A stretch of DNA of 64,000 nucleotides from Heptranchias perlo. Its lineage: Eukaryota. Made by a program: the position numbers and the translations under genes. How positions within the stretch are numbered: position 1 is the first letter of the stretch; every line of letters begins with the position of its first letter. The notes beneath the pieces were generated by a model, which was given only the letters and a program-made list of their open reading frames with translations, made no database searches and had not been told where the DNA came from. The DNA is taken from the NCBI RefSeq assembly GCF_035084215.1, contig NC_090340.1:4278001-4342000 (forward strand), written 5' to 3'. This document shows, piece by piece, positions 38,388 through 52,500 of this stretch.

Positions 38388-39290
38388 AGGAACATAGGAA
38401 CATTGGAACAGAAGTAGGCCATCCAGCCCCTCGTCCTTGCTCCGCCATTTGATAAGATCATGGCTGATCTGTGTTCTAGCTCCATATACCTGCCTTTGGC
38501 CCATATCCCTTAATACCTATGTTTGCCAAAAAGCTATCTGTCTCACATTTAAATTTAGAAATTGAGCTGGTATGAATTGCCGTTTGCGGAAGAGAGTTCC
38601 AAACTTCTACCACCCTTTGTGTGTAGAAATGTTTTCTAATCTCACACCTGAAGGGTCTGGCTCTAATTTTTAGAGTGTGCCCCCTACTCCTAGAATCCCC
38701 AACCAGCGGAAATAGTTTCTCTCTATCCACCCTATCCGTTCCCCTTAATATCTTATAAATTTCGATCAGATCACCGCTTAACCTTCGGAACTCTAGAGAA
38801 TACAACCCCAATTTGTGTAATCTCTACTCGTAACTTAAACCTTGACGTCCGGGTATCATTCCATACGCTGCACTCCCTCCAAGGCCAATATGTCCTTCCG
38901 AAGGTGCGGTGCCCAGAACTGCTCACAGTACTCCAGGTGCGGTCTAACCCAGGTTTTGTATAGCTGTAGCATCAATTCTGCCCCTTCTACTCCAGTCCTC
39001 TAGATGTAAAGGCCAGCATTCCATTAGCCTTATTGATTACTTTCTGCACCTGTTCATGATACTTCAATGATCTATGTACCTGAACACCTAAGTCCCTTTG
39101 GACATCCACAGTTTTTAACTTTTTACCATTTAGAAAGTACCCCGTTCTATCCTTTTTGATCCAACGTGGATACCTCACATTTGTTTACATTGAATTCCAT
39201 TTGCCACAGTTTTTGCCCATTCACCGAATCTAACTATATCGCTTTGTAATTTTATGTTTCCATCTACACTGCTTACAATGCCACCAATCT
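38388..39290 (-). mobile_element. CR1 3' end, close to the 891-2170 copy
   Basis: Near-identical peptide GLYSLEFRRLSGDLIEIYKILRGTDRVDREKLFPLVGDSRSRGH. Confidence 0.92.
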
Positions 39291-40711
39291 TTACTCCACT
39301 TTCCTAGTCTTGTCTCAGGCTTAATTCCCTCATGTATATGACCCAGACTATCCTTTGTTTCTCGCTTGACATTCTCTGAAGTGCTCCCTACACAGGCAGC
39401 AATCCCAACTGCCTCATCCTTCTCACTTGCCAACTTTCCCATTTCGTGCATTTAAGCTGGAGGCTAATCTGATACCCATCCTGTTCATCTTACCCACCAC
39501 TGTCCTTTCAGATTCTGCCAATGGAAAAAAAAACAATACCTCTTCTTCCTGCATTTCCCCCCAGAATCCCCGTCTCTCGCAGTCCTTGCCATTCATGGCC
39601 TTATAGTTGACGATTGCATTCGCATCCTGATTCTCACTGAATCTTGCCCCACGAGTGAGAACTCCTTATCTTTACTAAAGCCTTCCTCCCAAGCCATACA
39701 TTACTCGACCTGCCCCAACCAAAATACTACAGTGGCGGCGTTGTCCATACCATCAAATCATATTTTGATCTTTCCCACTACTTCTCGGTACCTTCTTCTC
39801 CTTCGAGAATCGCAGCCTATGCCATCTGCCTCGCCTCTCCTTTAAAATTATCGTTGTCTACTGCCCGCATAAGTCCCATCCCGCGATTCCTACCGAGTAT
39901 CCTCCGTTCTTTGCGCTGTAACCCCTCAGCATCGGCAATTTAAATCACTACCTCAGCTCCCCTTGCCCTTTCTCCTCTAATTTTACTTCTCTGCTGTCTT
40001 CCCTATGATGTGGAGATGCCGGTGATGGACTGGGTTTGACAATTGTAAACAATTTTACAACACCAAGTTATAGTCCAACGATTTTATTTGAAATCTACAA
40101 ACTTTCGGAGGCTTCCTCCTTCCTCAGGTAAATGTCAGGAATTCCTCGAAGCCGACGCATTTATAAATCAGAGAACAATACATGGTGATTACAGACTGCC
40201 CCTGCAACTGCTCGTTGCCAAGGCAATCACCGTGTTCAGACAGAGAGGTGTCACCTACAGAAACCCCGAATATACATTCAACAAAAAAAACAAACAGGAA
40301 AAAAAACAGAGAGAGAGAGTGGCAGAAACATCCAGAAGGCAGAGAAAGCCAGCAAATGACCCGTTACATTAAAAACAGATAGCTTTTGTTCGCTGGTGGG
40401 CTTAAGTGTAGCATGACATGAACCCAAGATCCCGGTTGAGGCCATCCTCATGCGGAACTTGGCTATCAATTCCTGCTCGACAATTTTGCGTTGTCGTGTG
40501 TCTCGAAGGCCGCCTTGGAGTACGATTACCCAAAGGTCGGTGGCTGAATGTCCATGACTGCTGAAGTGTTCCCCGACTGGGAGGGAACCCTCCTGTTTGG
40601 CGAATGTTGCGCGGTGTCCGTTCATCCGTTATCGCAGTGGCTGCATGGTCTCGCCAATGTACCATGCTCTGGGGCATCCTTTCCTGCAACGTATGAGGTA
40701 GACAACGTTGA

Positions 40712-42113
40712 CGGACCAGTTCAATCAGGAACACTTCTCACCACGATGGACGTCTCGGCACTCTACACCAGTATCCCCCACGATGACGGCATCGCTGCGA
40801 CAGCATCAATACTCAACACCAACAACAGCCAATCTGAAGACGCCATCCTACAACTCATCCGCTTCATCCTGGATCACAATGTCTTCACCTTCGATAACCA
40901 GTTCTTTACCCAAACACACGGAACAGCCATGGGGACCAAATTTGCACCCCAATGCGCCAACATTTTCATGCACAAGTTCGGGCAGGACATCTTCACTGCA
41001 CAGGACCTCCAACCAATGCAAAACACCAGATACATCGACGACATTTTCTTTCTATGGACCCACGGCGAAGAATCACTGAAGAGACTACACGATAACATCA
41101 ACAAGTTCCATCCCACCGTCAAGCTCACCATGGACTACTCCTCAGAATCAGTTTCTTTCTTGGACACACGAATCTCCATCAAAGACGGGCACCTCAGCAC
41201 CTCACTCTACCGCAAGCCCACGGACAACCTCACGATGCTCCACTTTTCCAGCTTCCACCCTAACCACGTCAAAGAGGCCATCCCCTATGGACAGGCCCTG
41301 CGAATACACAGGGTCTGCTCAGACGAGGAGGAACGGGATGGACACCTACAGACTCTGAAAGACGCCTTGGTAAGAACGGAATATGATGCTCGACTCATCG
41401 ATCGACAGTTCCGACAGGCCACAGCGAAAAATCACGTAGACCTCCTCAGAAGACTAACACGGGACGCAACCAACAGAGTACCCTTCGTCGTCCAGTACTT
41501 CCCCGGAGCGGAGAAACTACGCCATGTTCTCCGCAGCCTTCAACATGTCATCAATGACGACGAACACCTCGCTATGGCCATCCCCACACCTCCACTACTC
41601 GCCTTTAAGCAGCCACCCAACCTCAAACTGACTATGGTGCGCAGCAAATTACCCAGCTTTCAGGAGAACAGCGTCCACGACACCACACAACCCTGCCACG
41701 GTAACCTCTGCAAGACATGCCAGATCATCGACACAGATACCACCATCACACGAGAGGACACCACCCACCAGGTGCATGGTTCATACTCCTGTGACTCGGC
41801 CAACGTTGTCTACCTCATACGTTGCAGGAAAGGATGCCCCAGAGCATGGTACATTGGCGAGACCATGCAGACACTATGACAACGGATGAACGGACACCGC
41901 ACAACAATCGCCAAACAGGAGGATTCCCTCCCAGTCGGGGAACACTTCAGCAGTCAGGGACATTCAGCCACCGACCTTCGGGTAAGCGTACTCCAAGGCG
42001 GCCTTCGAGACACATGACAACGCAAAATTGTCGAGCAGAAATTGATAGCCAAGTTCCGCACCCATGAGGACGGCCTCAACCGGGATCTTGGGTTCATGTC
42101 ACGCTACACGTAA
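40712..42113 (+). pseudogene. 5'-truncated Penelope RT + GIY-YIG endonuclease ORF
   Basis: Open to 41879; in-frame TGA at 41877-41879 and 42016-42018, consistent with CGA>TGA decay. The N-terminus of the 443-aa track ORF is antisense sequence from the inverted arm. Confidence 0.9.
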
Positions 42114-42380
42114 GCCCACCAGCGAACAAAAGCTACCTGTTTTTAATATAACGGGTCATTTGCTGGCTTTCTCTGCCTTCCGGATGTTTCTGCCTCTCTC
42201 TCTCTCTGTTTTTTTTCCTGTTTGTTTTTTTGTTGAATGTATATTCGGGGGTTCTGTAGGTGACACCTCTCTGTCTGAACACGGTGATTGCCTTGGCAAC
42301 GGGCAGTTGCAGGGGCAGTCTGTAATCACCATGTATTGTTCTCTGATTTATAAATGCGTAGGCTTCGAGGAATTCCTGAC

Positions 42381-42421
42381 ATTTACCTGAGGAAGGAGGA
42401 AGCCTCCGAAAGCTTGTAGAT
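42381..42421 (+). ncRNA. Minimal hammerhead ribozyme motif (mutated mirror copy on minus strand, ~40093-40133)
   Basis: AUUUAC-CUGAGGA-A-GGAGG(AAG)CCUCC-GAAA-GCUU-GUAGAU. Confidence 0.75.
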
Positions 42422-45299
42422 TTCAAATAAAATCGTTGTACTATAACTTGGTGTTGTAAAATTGTTTACAACTGTCTTCCCTAAACCTCTCCCTGAATTT
42501 CAACTCTGCCACCGATATACAAAACCAACTCCTCGAATTTGCCCTCTCACGTTGCCTCTCTACTCCAATTGTCTAGATCACAGATTAGGCTATCTCTGAC
42601 CACTTATTTGCATCCCTCACTAGCTGCTTCCCCCTAATCCATTCTAACCCCACTTCTGCCTACATCCGTCGATGGAAAAAACTATCTCCGAGATACTTAC
42701 ATGTGCACTTTCAAGCTGGCAACTGCCCAGCCTCTGTCCCTCCAGTTGCTACGATACGTCTGCAGCTGTTGATCTCTTCAGGCACTTCCGTACCTCTACC
42801 TTTGGTGCCTTTTTCTCCAGTAAAGCCTTCACTGTCTCCCATGATGGTTGTTGCCTCTGGTATAGCCGCCATCTTAACTCATTCAAGTACAAGAGACGCA
42901 GATTTGAGTGTATTTGGTGCCGAACTGGTCCAGCCATCCATTACCAGATCTGGACATTTAGCGCCCGAAGGCTTCACTCTATTCTGCCTAAACTGTCGCC
43001 TACTCCACGATCATCTTGGAGACCAAGCATATTCGACTACCGACTGTCTCTACCGATATGCTCAATCACACCCTCACCTCCACCTTTGATGCCTCTGTCC
43101 TCATTAAAGCCATTACTCGCTCTCACCCTGGTCGTTCCCCCTGATATGGCCCTCATCTTCACTGCTTTAAATCCAAGGGATGCAGACTTGAACGTTTATG
43201 GTGGACAAATGATTTAGCAATTCATCGCCAGATCTGGCTGGACTAGACAAAGCACTACCAGGTCTTGCTCTCCTCTGTCAAAACTGCTCACTATTGCAGG
43301 ATCATCCTGGAATGCAAAGATAACCCACAACTTCTCTTCTCCACTATAAACCGTCATATTTAACGCCTGTCCCTATCACCTCCACCCTCACCTCCAAAAA
43401 CAGGTACTTGAGGAGCTCATACACGTCTTTGTCACTAAGATTGAGACCAAACATTCAGCTGCCTCTACCACTTTCTTCCCTTCCCCTAGACCATCAGCCC
43501 AAACGTGCCCTAAAAGTCCCCCCTGCACTGGTCCTGAATTCGCGTCTTTCTCACTTATTTCCTTCATGCTCTTTCCGAGCACATTTTGACGATGAGGCCC
43601 ACCTTCTGCTCCCTCGACCCTATTTCCATCAAACTGCTGACATTCCTGGCCCCCATGTTAGCTGATATTGTTAACGATTCCCTCTCCTCAAGTACTGTCC
43701 CCCTCCCCTTCAAATCCACTCTCATTACCCGTCTCCTCATAAAACCCACCCTTGACCCCCAACTGTCCCTGCAAACTACCGCCCGTTCTCCAAGCTCCCT
43801 CCCTTTCCTCTCCAAAGTCCTTGACTGTGTTATCACTTCCCAAATCTTTGCCCATCTTTCCCTTAATTTCAAGCTTGAATCCATCCAATCAGTTTTCCGA
43901 CATTGACACAGTATTGAAACGGCCCTATCAAAGTCACAAATTACATCCTATGTGACTGTGACCGTGGTAGACTATCACTCCTCATTCTTCTTGACCTGTC
44001 TGCAGTCTTTGACAAGGTTAGCCACACCATCCCCTTCCAATGCGTCGCCTCCATCATCCAGCTGGGTTACACTGCGCTCGCCTGGTTCCATTCTTATCTT
44101 TCCAATCATAGCCAGACAATCACTTGCAATGGCTTCTCATCCTGCTCCCGCACCATTACCCCTGGTGTCCCTCAAGGGTCTACCCGTGAAAACCTCCAAT
44201 TTCTCATCTACATGCTGCCCTTCGGTGACATTATCCGAAAACACGACGTCAGGTTCCACGTTTACATTGACGACACCCTGCTCTAACTCATGACCACCCC
44301 CTCGACCCCTCCACTCTCTCTGATTTGTCATACTGCTTGTCCAACATCCAGTACTGGATGAGCAAAAATTTCCTCCAACTAAATATTGGGAAGACCAAAA
44401 CCATTGTCATCGGTCCCGGCCACAAAATATGTTCCCTAGCCTATTGACTTCATCCCACAACTTTGCCACTGTCTGAAGCTGAACGAGACCGTTCACAATC
44501 TTGACGTCTTGTTTGACCATGAGAGGAGCTTCCGACCACATATCCGCTCCATCACCTAGACTGCCTACTTCCACCTGTGTAACATTGTCCATCTCTGCAC
44601 GTGCCTCAGCTCATCTGCTTCAGTAGCCTTCATCCATGCCTTTGTTTCTTCTAGACTTGACTATTCCAATGCTCTCAGGACCGGCCTCCCATCTTCACTC
44701 TCCATAAACTTGAGCTCATCTAAAACTGTGCTGCCCATATCCTACCTCGCACCAAGCCCCATTCAACCATCACCCCTGTGCTGGCTGACCTACATTGGCT
44801 GTTGGTCCGCCAGGACCACGATTTTACAATTCTCATCCTTGTTTTCAAATTCCTTCATGGTCTTGCCTCTCCCTATCTCTGTAACCTCCTCCAGCCCTTC
44901 AACCCTCCGAGATCTCTGCGCTCCTCCAATTCTTGCCTCTTGCCCCACCCTCAATTAGAATGACTCCACCATTGTCGGCTCTGCCTTCAGCTGCCTGGGC
45001 ACTACGTTCTGGAATTCCCTCCCCAAGCCTCTCCGCCTCTCTACCACTCTCTCCACCTTTAAGACGCTCCTTAAAACCCTACCTCTTTGAACAAGCTTTT
45101 GTTCACCTGTCGCTCGGTGTCAATTTTTTTTGATAACGCTCCTGTGTCGCCTCGGGTCGTTTTACTACGTTAAAGGATGCTATATAAATGCAAGTTGTTG
45201 TTGATGAAACCTAACTCCCCTTTATCTTCAAATGTGAGGATGTCATGGACTTGAAGAGTGAGATCATCTGTTCAGCTGGCTCTGCTGTCCCATTCCCTT

Positions 45300-46340
45300 T
45301 TCCAATCAAATCAAACCTTTATTCAGGCTCTGCCCTCCATTGCTTTGGTTTCGCACCGATCTCCCTTATGCATTTTTAGAAATCATATTGTCCATGAGAC
45401 CCGTCTGCCGCTTAATTGATTGCATTCCCATTAAATTGCTGCCAACTCAACTTCCCTTCCTGGACCAATGCCGGCTGACATTCTACATGTTTGTGTCCTC
45501 ATGTACTGTCCTCTGCCTCCAAAAATTGCTGCCGTCGCCCGCTCCTCAGAAAGAAACACTCTCAAAACCTTTGTTATTGCAAGATACCACCCAATCTCCA
45601 ATCTTTCTTTCATCTCCAAAGTGCTGGAACTTCCAAAACCCGTGTCCATCTTTCCGACAATCCCATGTTCCACTTAAACCAATAAGGTTTCCGCTACTTA
45701 CACGGCAGTGAAATGGTCTAACCAACGTCATATATGACACCCTGTGTGACTGGGATCGTGGTGCATTCCCCCTCCTCGTCTTCACCGACCTCTGCAGCAT
45801 TTGGTATGGTCGACACACATCATCCTCGAATGCCTATTTTCCATTGTGCAGTTGATTGCAACTGTCCTCAACTGGTTCCATTCTTAACCATTCAATTATA
45901 GCTGGAGCATCTCCATCAATGCCTTCGTTTACTCTTCCTGCATCATTACATCTGGAGTCCACCAAGGATCTAATATTTGCCCTTTCCTCTTCCCCACCTA
46001 CATGCTGCCCCTCGGCAACATCATCTGAAGAAATCGGATCAGCTTCTACATTTCTGCTGACAATGCCCAGCTTTGTCTCCCCACCAATTCTCTAGATTGC
46101 CCCAATGCCTCTGACATCGAGACTTAATGGGAAGCAGTCCTCCAGTTAAACATTGGAAAGACTGAAACCATCATCATTGGCTTCTACCACAACAGACTTT
46201 TGTAAACTTAGCGTCCTATTCAGCCTGAGCTGAACTTCCAACACCCACATTCTATCCAAGGATCGTCGTACTTCCACATCAAAAAGATTGCCCACCTCCA
46301 TCCCTCAATCTGCCCCTCTACTGCTGAAACCGACAAATAT
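45300..46340 (+). mobile_element. Older L2 RT fragment
   Basis: YHPISNLSFISKVLE. Confidence 0.75.
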
Positions 46341-46347
46341 AATTTCA

Positions 46348-49300
46348 AAGAATCATAGAAAGTTACGGCACAGAAAAAGGTCACTGTGCATCGTGTCCGT
46401 GCCGGCCGAAAAAGAGCCATCCAGCTTAGTCACACTGTCCAGCACTTGGTCTATATCCCTGTAGGTTAAAGCACTTCAAGCGCACATTCAAGTACTTTTT
46501 AAATGAGCTGAGGGTTTTTGCCTCTACCACCCTTTCATGCGGTGAGCTTTAGACCCCTACCACACTCTGGGTGAAAAACATTCTCCTTAGCTCCCCTCTA
46601 AACCTTCTACAATTACTTTAAATCTATGCACCCTGGCCACTGACCCCTCTGCTAAGGGAAATAGGTCTGTGCTATCCATTCTATCTAGGCCCCTCGTAAT
46701 ATTATAAATCTCAATTAAATCACCCCTCAGCCTCATCTGTTCAAATGAAAACAACCCCAGTCTATTCAATCTTTCCTCATTGCTGAAATTCTCCAATCAT
46801 GGCAACATTTTCGTAAATCTCCCCGGTACTCTCTCCAGTGCAATCACATCTTTCCTGTAATATGGTGACCATAATTGTATGCAGTACTAAAGCTGTGGCC
46901 ATGCTAGTGTTTTAAAGAGCTCTAGCATAAGGTCCCTGCTCTTATATTCTATGCCTCGGCTAATAAAGGAAACTATCCCATATGACTTTTTAACCAGCTT
47001 ATCTAACTGTCCTGCTACATTCAGGGATCTGTGGACATGCATTCCAAGGTCCCTCTCTTCCTCTACACACCTCAGTATCTTTCTATTTACTGTTTATTCC
47101 CTTGTCTTGTTTGCCCTTCCCAAATGCATTACCTCACACTTCTCAGGTTTGAATTCCATTTGCCAGTTTTCTACCCACCTGACCAATCCATTGATAGCTT
47201 CCTGCACTCTCCAGCTTTCCTCATCACTGTCAACCACATGGCCAATTTTTCTATCATCTGCAAACTTCTTAATCATGCCCGTTACATTTATGTCCAAATG
47301 TATAAGCAAGGGACATGGTGCTGAACCCTATAGAACCCCACTGTAAACAGCCTTCCAGTTACCGAAACACTCGTCGACATTACACTTTGCTTCCTGCCAC
47401 CGAGACAATTTTGGATCCAACTGTCCACTTTCCCTTGAATACCATGAGCTTTTACTTTTCAGTCCAGTCTGCCATGTGGGACCTTGTCCAAAGCCTTGCT
47501 AACATCCACGTGCACTACATCAAATGCGCTAAACTCATCGACCCCCCTTGTTACCTCCTCAAATAATTCAATAAAGTTAGTCAGGCACGACCTTCCCTTA
47601 ACAAATTCACGCTGCCTTTCTAAGTGACGACTTGTACTGTCCCCCAGAATTGTTTCGAATAATTTGCCCACGACCGAGGTAAGCCTGACTGTCCTTTATC
47701 GTTTTCTCCCTTTTTAAAGAACGGTACAACATTAGCAGTCCTCCAATCCTCCGGCACCACGTCTGTAGACAGAGAAGATTTGAAAATGATGGTCTGAGCC
47801 TCCGCTATTTCCTCCCTTGCTACTTTTAACAGCCTGGGATACATTTCATCCAGGCCTGGCGATGTATTTACTTTCAAAGATGCTAATCCTCTTAATATTT
47901 CCTCCATCACTCTGTTTACCGCATCCAATATTTCACACTCCTCCTCCTTTACTACAATGTCTGCACCGCCCCCTCTTTTGTGAAGACAGATGCAAAGTAT
48001 CCATTGAGAACCATACCCATATGCTATGCCTCCACACATAGTTATCTTTTTAATCTCTAATCGGCCTTACTCTTTCCTTAGTTATCCTCTTGCTCTTTTT
48101 GTATTCATGAAACATCTTTGTTTTTTCCTTGATTTTACTTGTCAGTACTTTTTCATGCCCTCTCTTTGCTTTCCTAATCTTTTTAATTTCACCCCTGCAG
48201 TTTATATTCTCCTCTCGGCTTTCTGCAGTATTGAGGTCCAGGTGTCTGACATAAGCTTCCCTTTTTTGCCTTATTTTACCCTATATGCTCCTTGACATCC
48301 AGGGGGCTCTACATTTGGCATTCCCATAATTTTTCTTTACGGGAACATATATGCTCTGAACCCTCATTGTCTCCCAAATGAATGCCTTCCACTGTTATGA
48401 CACTCATTTATCTTCAAGTAACATTTGCAGTCCACTTTTGCTAAACCAGTTCTCAGCTTCGTACAATTTGTCTTTCCCCAATTGAGAACTTTAACTCTTG
48501 TTCTATCTCCGTCCTTTTCCATAACTATGCTAATTCTAACTGAATGATGATTACCACCACCACGATGCACTTCCACTGATACTCCTTCCATCTGCCCAGT
48601 TTCATTGCCTAAAACTAAGTCCAGAACTATCCCCGCCCTTATTGGGCTTGCTACGTACTGGTGAAAAAAGTTATGTTGAAGGCATTTTAAAACTCGATGC
48701 CCTCTATACCTTTTACACTGATTCTATCCCAGTTAATATTAGGGTAGTTTAAATCCCCTACCCGAGACTGCCCCATTGTTTTGGCACTTCTCAAAAATTT
48801 GCCTACAAATTTGCTCTACTCTCTCCATCGGACTGTTTGGAAGTCTATAGCACACGCCCAGTAGTGTGATTACACCTTTTTTGATCTTTAACTCAACGCA
48901 TATGGCCTCATTTGATGATCCTTCTAATATATCATCCCTCTTCACAGCTGTAATTTTTCCTTTACCAATATTGGCCACATCATGTTTTATCTCCGTCTCC
49001 ATCTCATCTGAAAACCTTGTAACAAGGAATGTTGAGCTGCCATTCCTGCCCCTCTTTAAGCCATGCTTCAGCCATAGCAATGATATCAAACTTCCACCTG
49101 TCTGTCTGAGCCCTTAGCTCACCTGCCTTATTCACTTGACTCGTTGCATTGAAGTATACCATTTTGCAATGCCAAACTACTTTGTTGTCTATTTTCTAAC
49201 CTCTGTTTCATCTGCCTTCCAAATTCGCTTACTAATTTTCTGTCCTCCATTTCTCTGCTTCGCTCCCTTCTAAATCTACGCGCAGGCTCCCATCCCCTGC

Positions 49301-49610
49301 CAAGTTAGTTGGAACCCTCCTCAACAGCACAAAACTCCCTGCGAAAATATTTGTCCCGGCCCTGTTGAGATGCAACCCGTCCTGCCTGTATTGGTCCCAT
49401 CTCCCCCAGAACCGGTCCCTATTCCCCTGGAATCTAAAGCCCTTCTTCACGGATCATCTCTCCAGCGACGCATTCATCTGCTCTATCCGCCTATTTCGCA
49501 ACTCACTGGCATGTGGCACCGGGAGTAATCTGGAGTTACTACAATTGAGGTCCTGCTTATTAATCTCTTCCATAGCTCCAAAAAATCTGTCTGCAGGGCA
49601 TCAACCTCTG
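46348..49610 (-). mobile_element. CR1 LINE, decayed ORF2 plus ORF1 esterase-like end
   Basis: FWGRWDQYRQDGLHLNRAGT, SPGLDEMYPRLL, PEDWRTANVVP, KKFADD. Confidence 0.93.
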
Positions 49611-49611
49611 T

Positions 49612-49915
49612 CTAAAGAGTCTAGAACAAGAGGACCAAGTCGCAGGATAATGGGTCGGACATTTAAGCCTGAGATGAGGAGGAAATTCTTCACTCAGTGG
49701 CTTGTGAATCTGTGGAATTCTCTACCCCAGAGATGATTGTGGATGCTGAGTCGTTGACAATGTTCAAGGCTGAGATAGGTCATTTTTGGACTCTAGGGAA
49801 ATCAAGGCATATGCGGATCGGGCAGGAAAGTGGAGTTGAGGTTGAAGATCAGCCATGACCTTATTGAATGGCGGAGCAGGCTCGAGAGGACGTATGGCCA
49901 ACTCCTGTTCCTGTT
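49612..49915 (+). mobile_element. CR1 3' end
   Basis: ESRTRG...EMRRKFFTQWLVNLWNSLPQ plus CR1 3' UTR. Confidence 0.85.
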
Positions 49916-49959
49916 TATTTCTTTTACCTGCTTGCCCGCTCCTCCTTCTATACCCGCTC

Positions 49960-50515
49960 TCTCTCTCTCTCCACTCTCGCGCTGGTATCATCCAGACTCG
50001 ATTATTCCAATGCACCCCTGGCCGGACTTTCATACTCTAGCCTCCATCAACTTCAACTGATCCAAACTGTTGCTGGGCTTATTCTATCCCGCACCATGTC
50101 CAAATCAGGGATCACCCCTGACCTCGCCGACCGATATAGTTTCCCGGTCCCCCAATTTATCCAATTTAAAATGCTCATACTTGAGTTTAAACCTCTCCCT
50201 GGTCTTGCTCCTCTCTATCTCTATATCTCCCCACCCCCCCAACAAAAAAACGCTCCACTTCTCTAACTATGGCCTCTTGTGCACCACCTCACATTGTACC
50301 AAAACTGGTAGCCGAGACGTCAGCTCTCTGGTCCTTGTACCTTGGAATTCCTTTCCTAAACCCCTCCAACTCGCCAACTCGCTCTCCTGCTGTAAGACCC
50401 CACTTGTAACCCAACACCTTGGCCACGTTTTTGATAACCCATCCTACCATCACCTTCGTCGGCTTGGTGTCCATTTTTGCCTGATTATAACCCTGTGTAG
50501 TGAATCGGGATGTTA
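49960..50515 (+). mobile_element. L2 3' fragment
   Basis: LVSSRLDYSNAPLAGL..LQLIQ. Confidence 0.8.
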
Positions 50516-50829
50516 GTCCACGTTCAAGATGCAAAACTATAGACGCATAACGCCACCACTTGCGGAAGCTCTTTTATATGATGGAAATTTTGCATAGGAA
50601 TTATTAACTCCCAATAAGGGCGTAGTATATTATAATGGAATTGAGTTGACACAGAATTGTGATAAAAATGTGGTAATAGTGAGAAACATTTTGCAGATAG
50701 GAAGTATGTGTCGACATAAGACATTTTTAAAATAGCCTACCTAGTTTAATACCTAGAGTAAGTGATTGTCTATTGAAACAATATATTTTTCAGAAGTAAC
50801 GTTCGTATATAAATTAAATATAATCTACA

Positions 50830-52500
50830 CCACAGAAACAGGCCATTCAACCGAACTGTTCTAAGTCGGTGTTTCGAAGCCACACGAGCCTTTTCTCATT
50901 CTAATGACCTCTCCCATCGCTGTCCTCAAAGCTCTCATGTCTTCACGAAGCCTCCCTTTAAATGCATCAATGCTATCTGCTTCAGTCACTCTTATGTGGA
51001 AACGAGATCCACATTTTCAACACTATCTGTAAAATGAAATGTATTCTCAGCTCTTTATTTGATCTATTAGTGGCTGTCTTATAACCGTGCCCATTCGTCG
51101 TGGACTCATCAGTGGAAACAATTTCTCCTATCGAATCCTTTCATATTTTTATAGACCTCTATCAGTCCTCCTCTTACTCTACGCATTTTCGAGAGAAAAG
51201 AGCCGCAGCCTGCATAAATCTTTCCTGCTATTTGCATCATCTCAATTCTGGTAATAACATTTCAAATCTTTTCTACACTTTCTCCAGTGGTTCTATACGC
51301 TTTTTATAATATGACGACCAGAACGTCGCACATTACTCCAAGTGTGGTTCTAAATAAATTAAATATTACCTTTCCGCTTTTTTGTTCTATTCTTCGAGAA
51401 ATGAACCTTATTGCTTTGTTTCTACTCTTTATGACCACCTGAACTTGTGTAGCTACTTCGAACGATTTATCTATCTTTCCTCCCTGACGTCTTTGCCCCT
51501 CTGGTGTTAGCTATAGCTCAGCGGTAGCACTCTAGCCTCTCAGTGAGAAAATTGTGGGTTCAAGTCCCATTTCTGAGAATTGAGCACATAATCTGAGCTG
51601 ACACTCCAATACTGAGGAGTGCTGCTCTGTCGTGAGTTTTGCTTTTTTCTGATGAGACGTTAAACTGAGACCCTGTCTTTCCTCAGAGGTGAAAACACCC
51701 CATTGCACTATTCGAAGAAGAGCAAAGGATTTCTTTCGTTGTCCTGGCCACTATTTATGCTTCAACCAACATCACTAAAACAGATTATCTTGTCAGTAAC
51801 ACATTGGGACATTATTGTGCGCAAATTAGTTGCCGCGTTTTATAAATTACAACAGTGACTACATTTCAAAAGTATTTCATTGTCTATAAAGTGCTTTAGG
51901 ATGTCCTGATTTAGTTTCTTATCCTCCAAGGAAAATGTTGCTTCTTCCATTCTCCTACCTAAATGAACCACCTCACAGTTGCCTACATTGAATTTCATTT
52001 ACCATTTATCAACCAAATCTGCAACCCTGTTTATGAATTAATTTATTTTGGTTTTCCCCTCCACACTGTTAGCTATATCCCTCCAATTTGATACCATCTT
52101 GAAATTTTGTCACCATGCTTCCAGTTACTGCGTACAAATGATTTCCATTTATGGTGAAAAATAATGGTCCCACAACCGATCCTCTGTTTTCTGTTATGTA
52201 GCCATCTTTCAATCCGTTCTGCTAACTGGCCCATGACTCCACACTCCCTGACCTTTGTCATGAGTCTCGCATGTGGCACCTTATTGAAAACCTTCTGAAA
52301 ACACATGTATGCCATATTCATTGCATTGTCCTTGTCTACTGTTTGTGTTATTTCGTCAAAGAATTGAATAAGGTTGGATGAACATGATATCTTCCCTATA
52401 GAAATCCTTGCTGACATGTTTTGTTATGTTCTACTTCTCTGGATGATTTGTTTTCTCATATTTTAGCAAAGATTCTTGCATATTTCCTTTTTCTGACATT
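50830..52500 (-). mobile_element. Old CR1 fragment interrupted by a SINE
   Basis: FQKVFNKVPHARLMTKV. Confidence 0.75.
51505..51910 (+). mobile_element. Deu-domain tRNA-derived SINE (SacSINE1-like)
   Basis: A box tagctcagcggtag, B box ggttcaagtccc, Deu core gtgcgcaaattagttgccgcgttt. Confidence 0.8.

Larger units (their letters stand above)
40005..42471 (+). mobile_element. Penelope-like element: inverted 3' copy (40005-~40710) plus direct RT/GIY-YIG segment and pLTR
   Basis: TMDVSALYTSIPH, GTAMGTKFAP, RYIDDIF, LYRKPTD, NVVYLIRC..YIGET; TSD ctgtcttccct (39994-40004 and 42472-42482). Confidence 0.95.
39400..45205 (+). mobile_element. Decayed L2 LINE(s), split by the Penelope element
   Basis: PTFCSLDPISIKLL, SLPFLSKVLD, LADLHWLLV; L2 tail ctatataaatgcaagttgttgttg at ~45180-45204. 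Confidence 0.85.

Noticed and set aside
40548-41879. 443-aa ORF as an intact or domesticated RT gene
   Set aside because: Its N-terminus is antisense sequence from the inverted arm, the RT is 5' truncated, and GIY-YIG is cut by stop codons.
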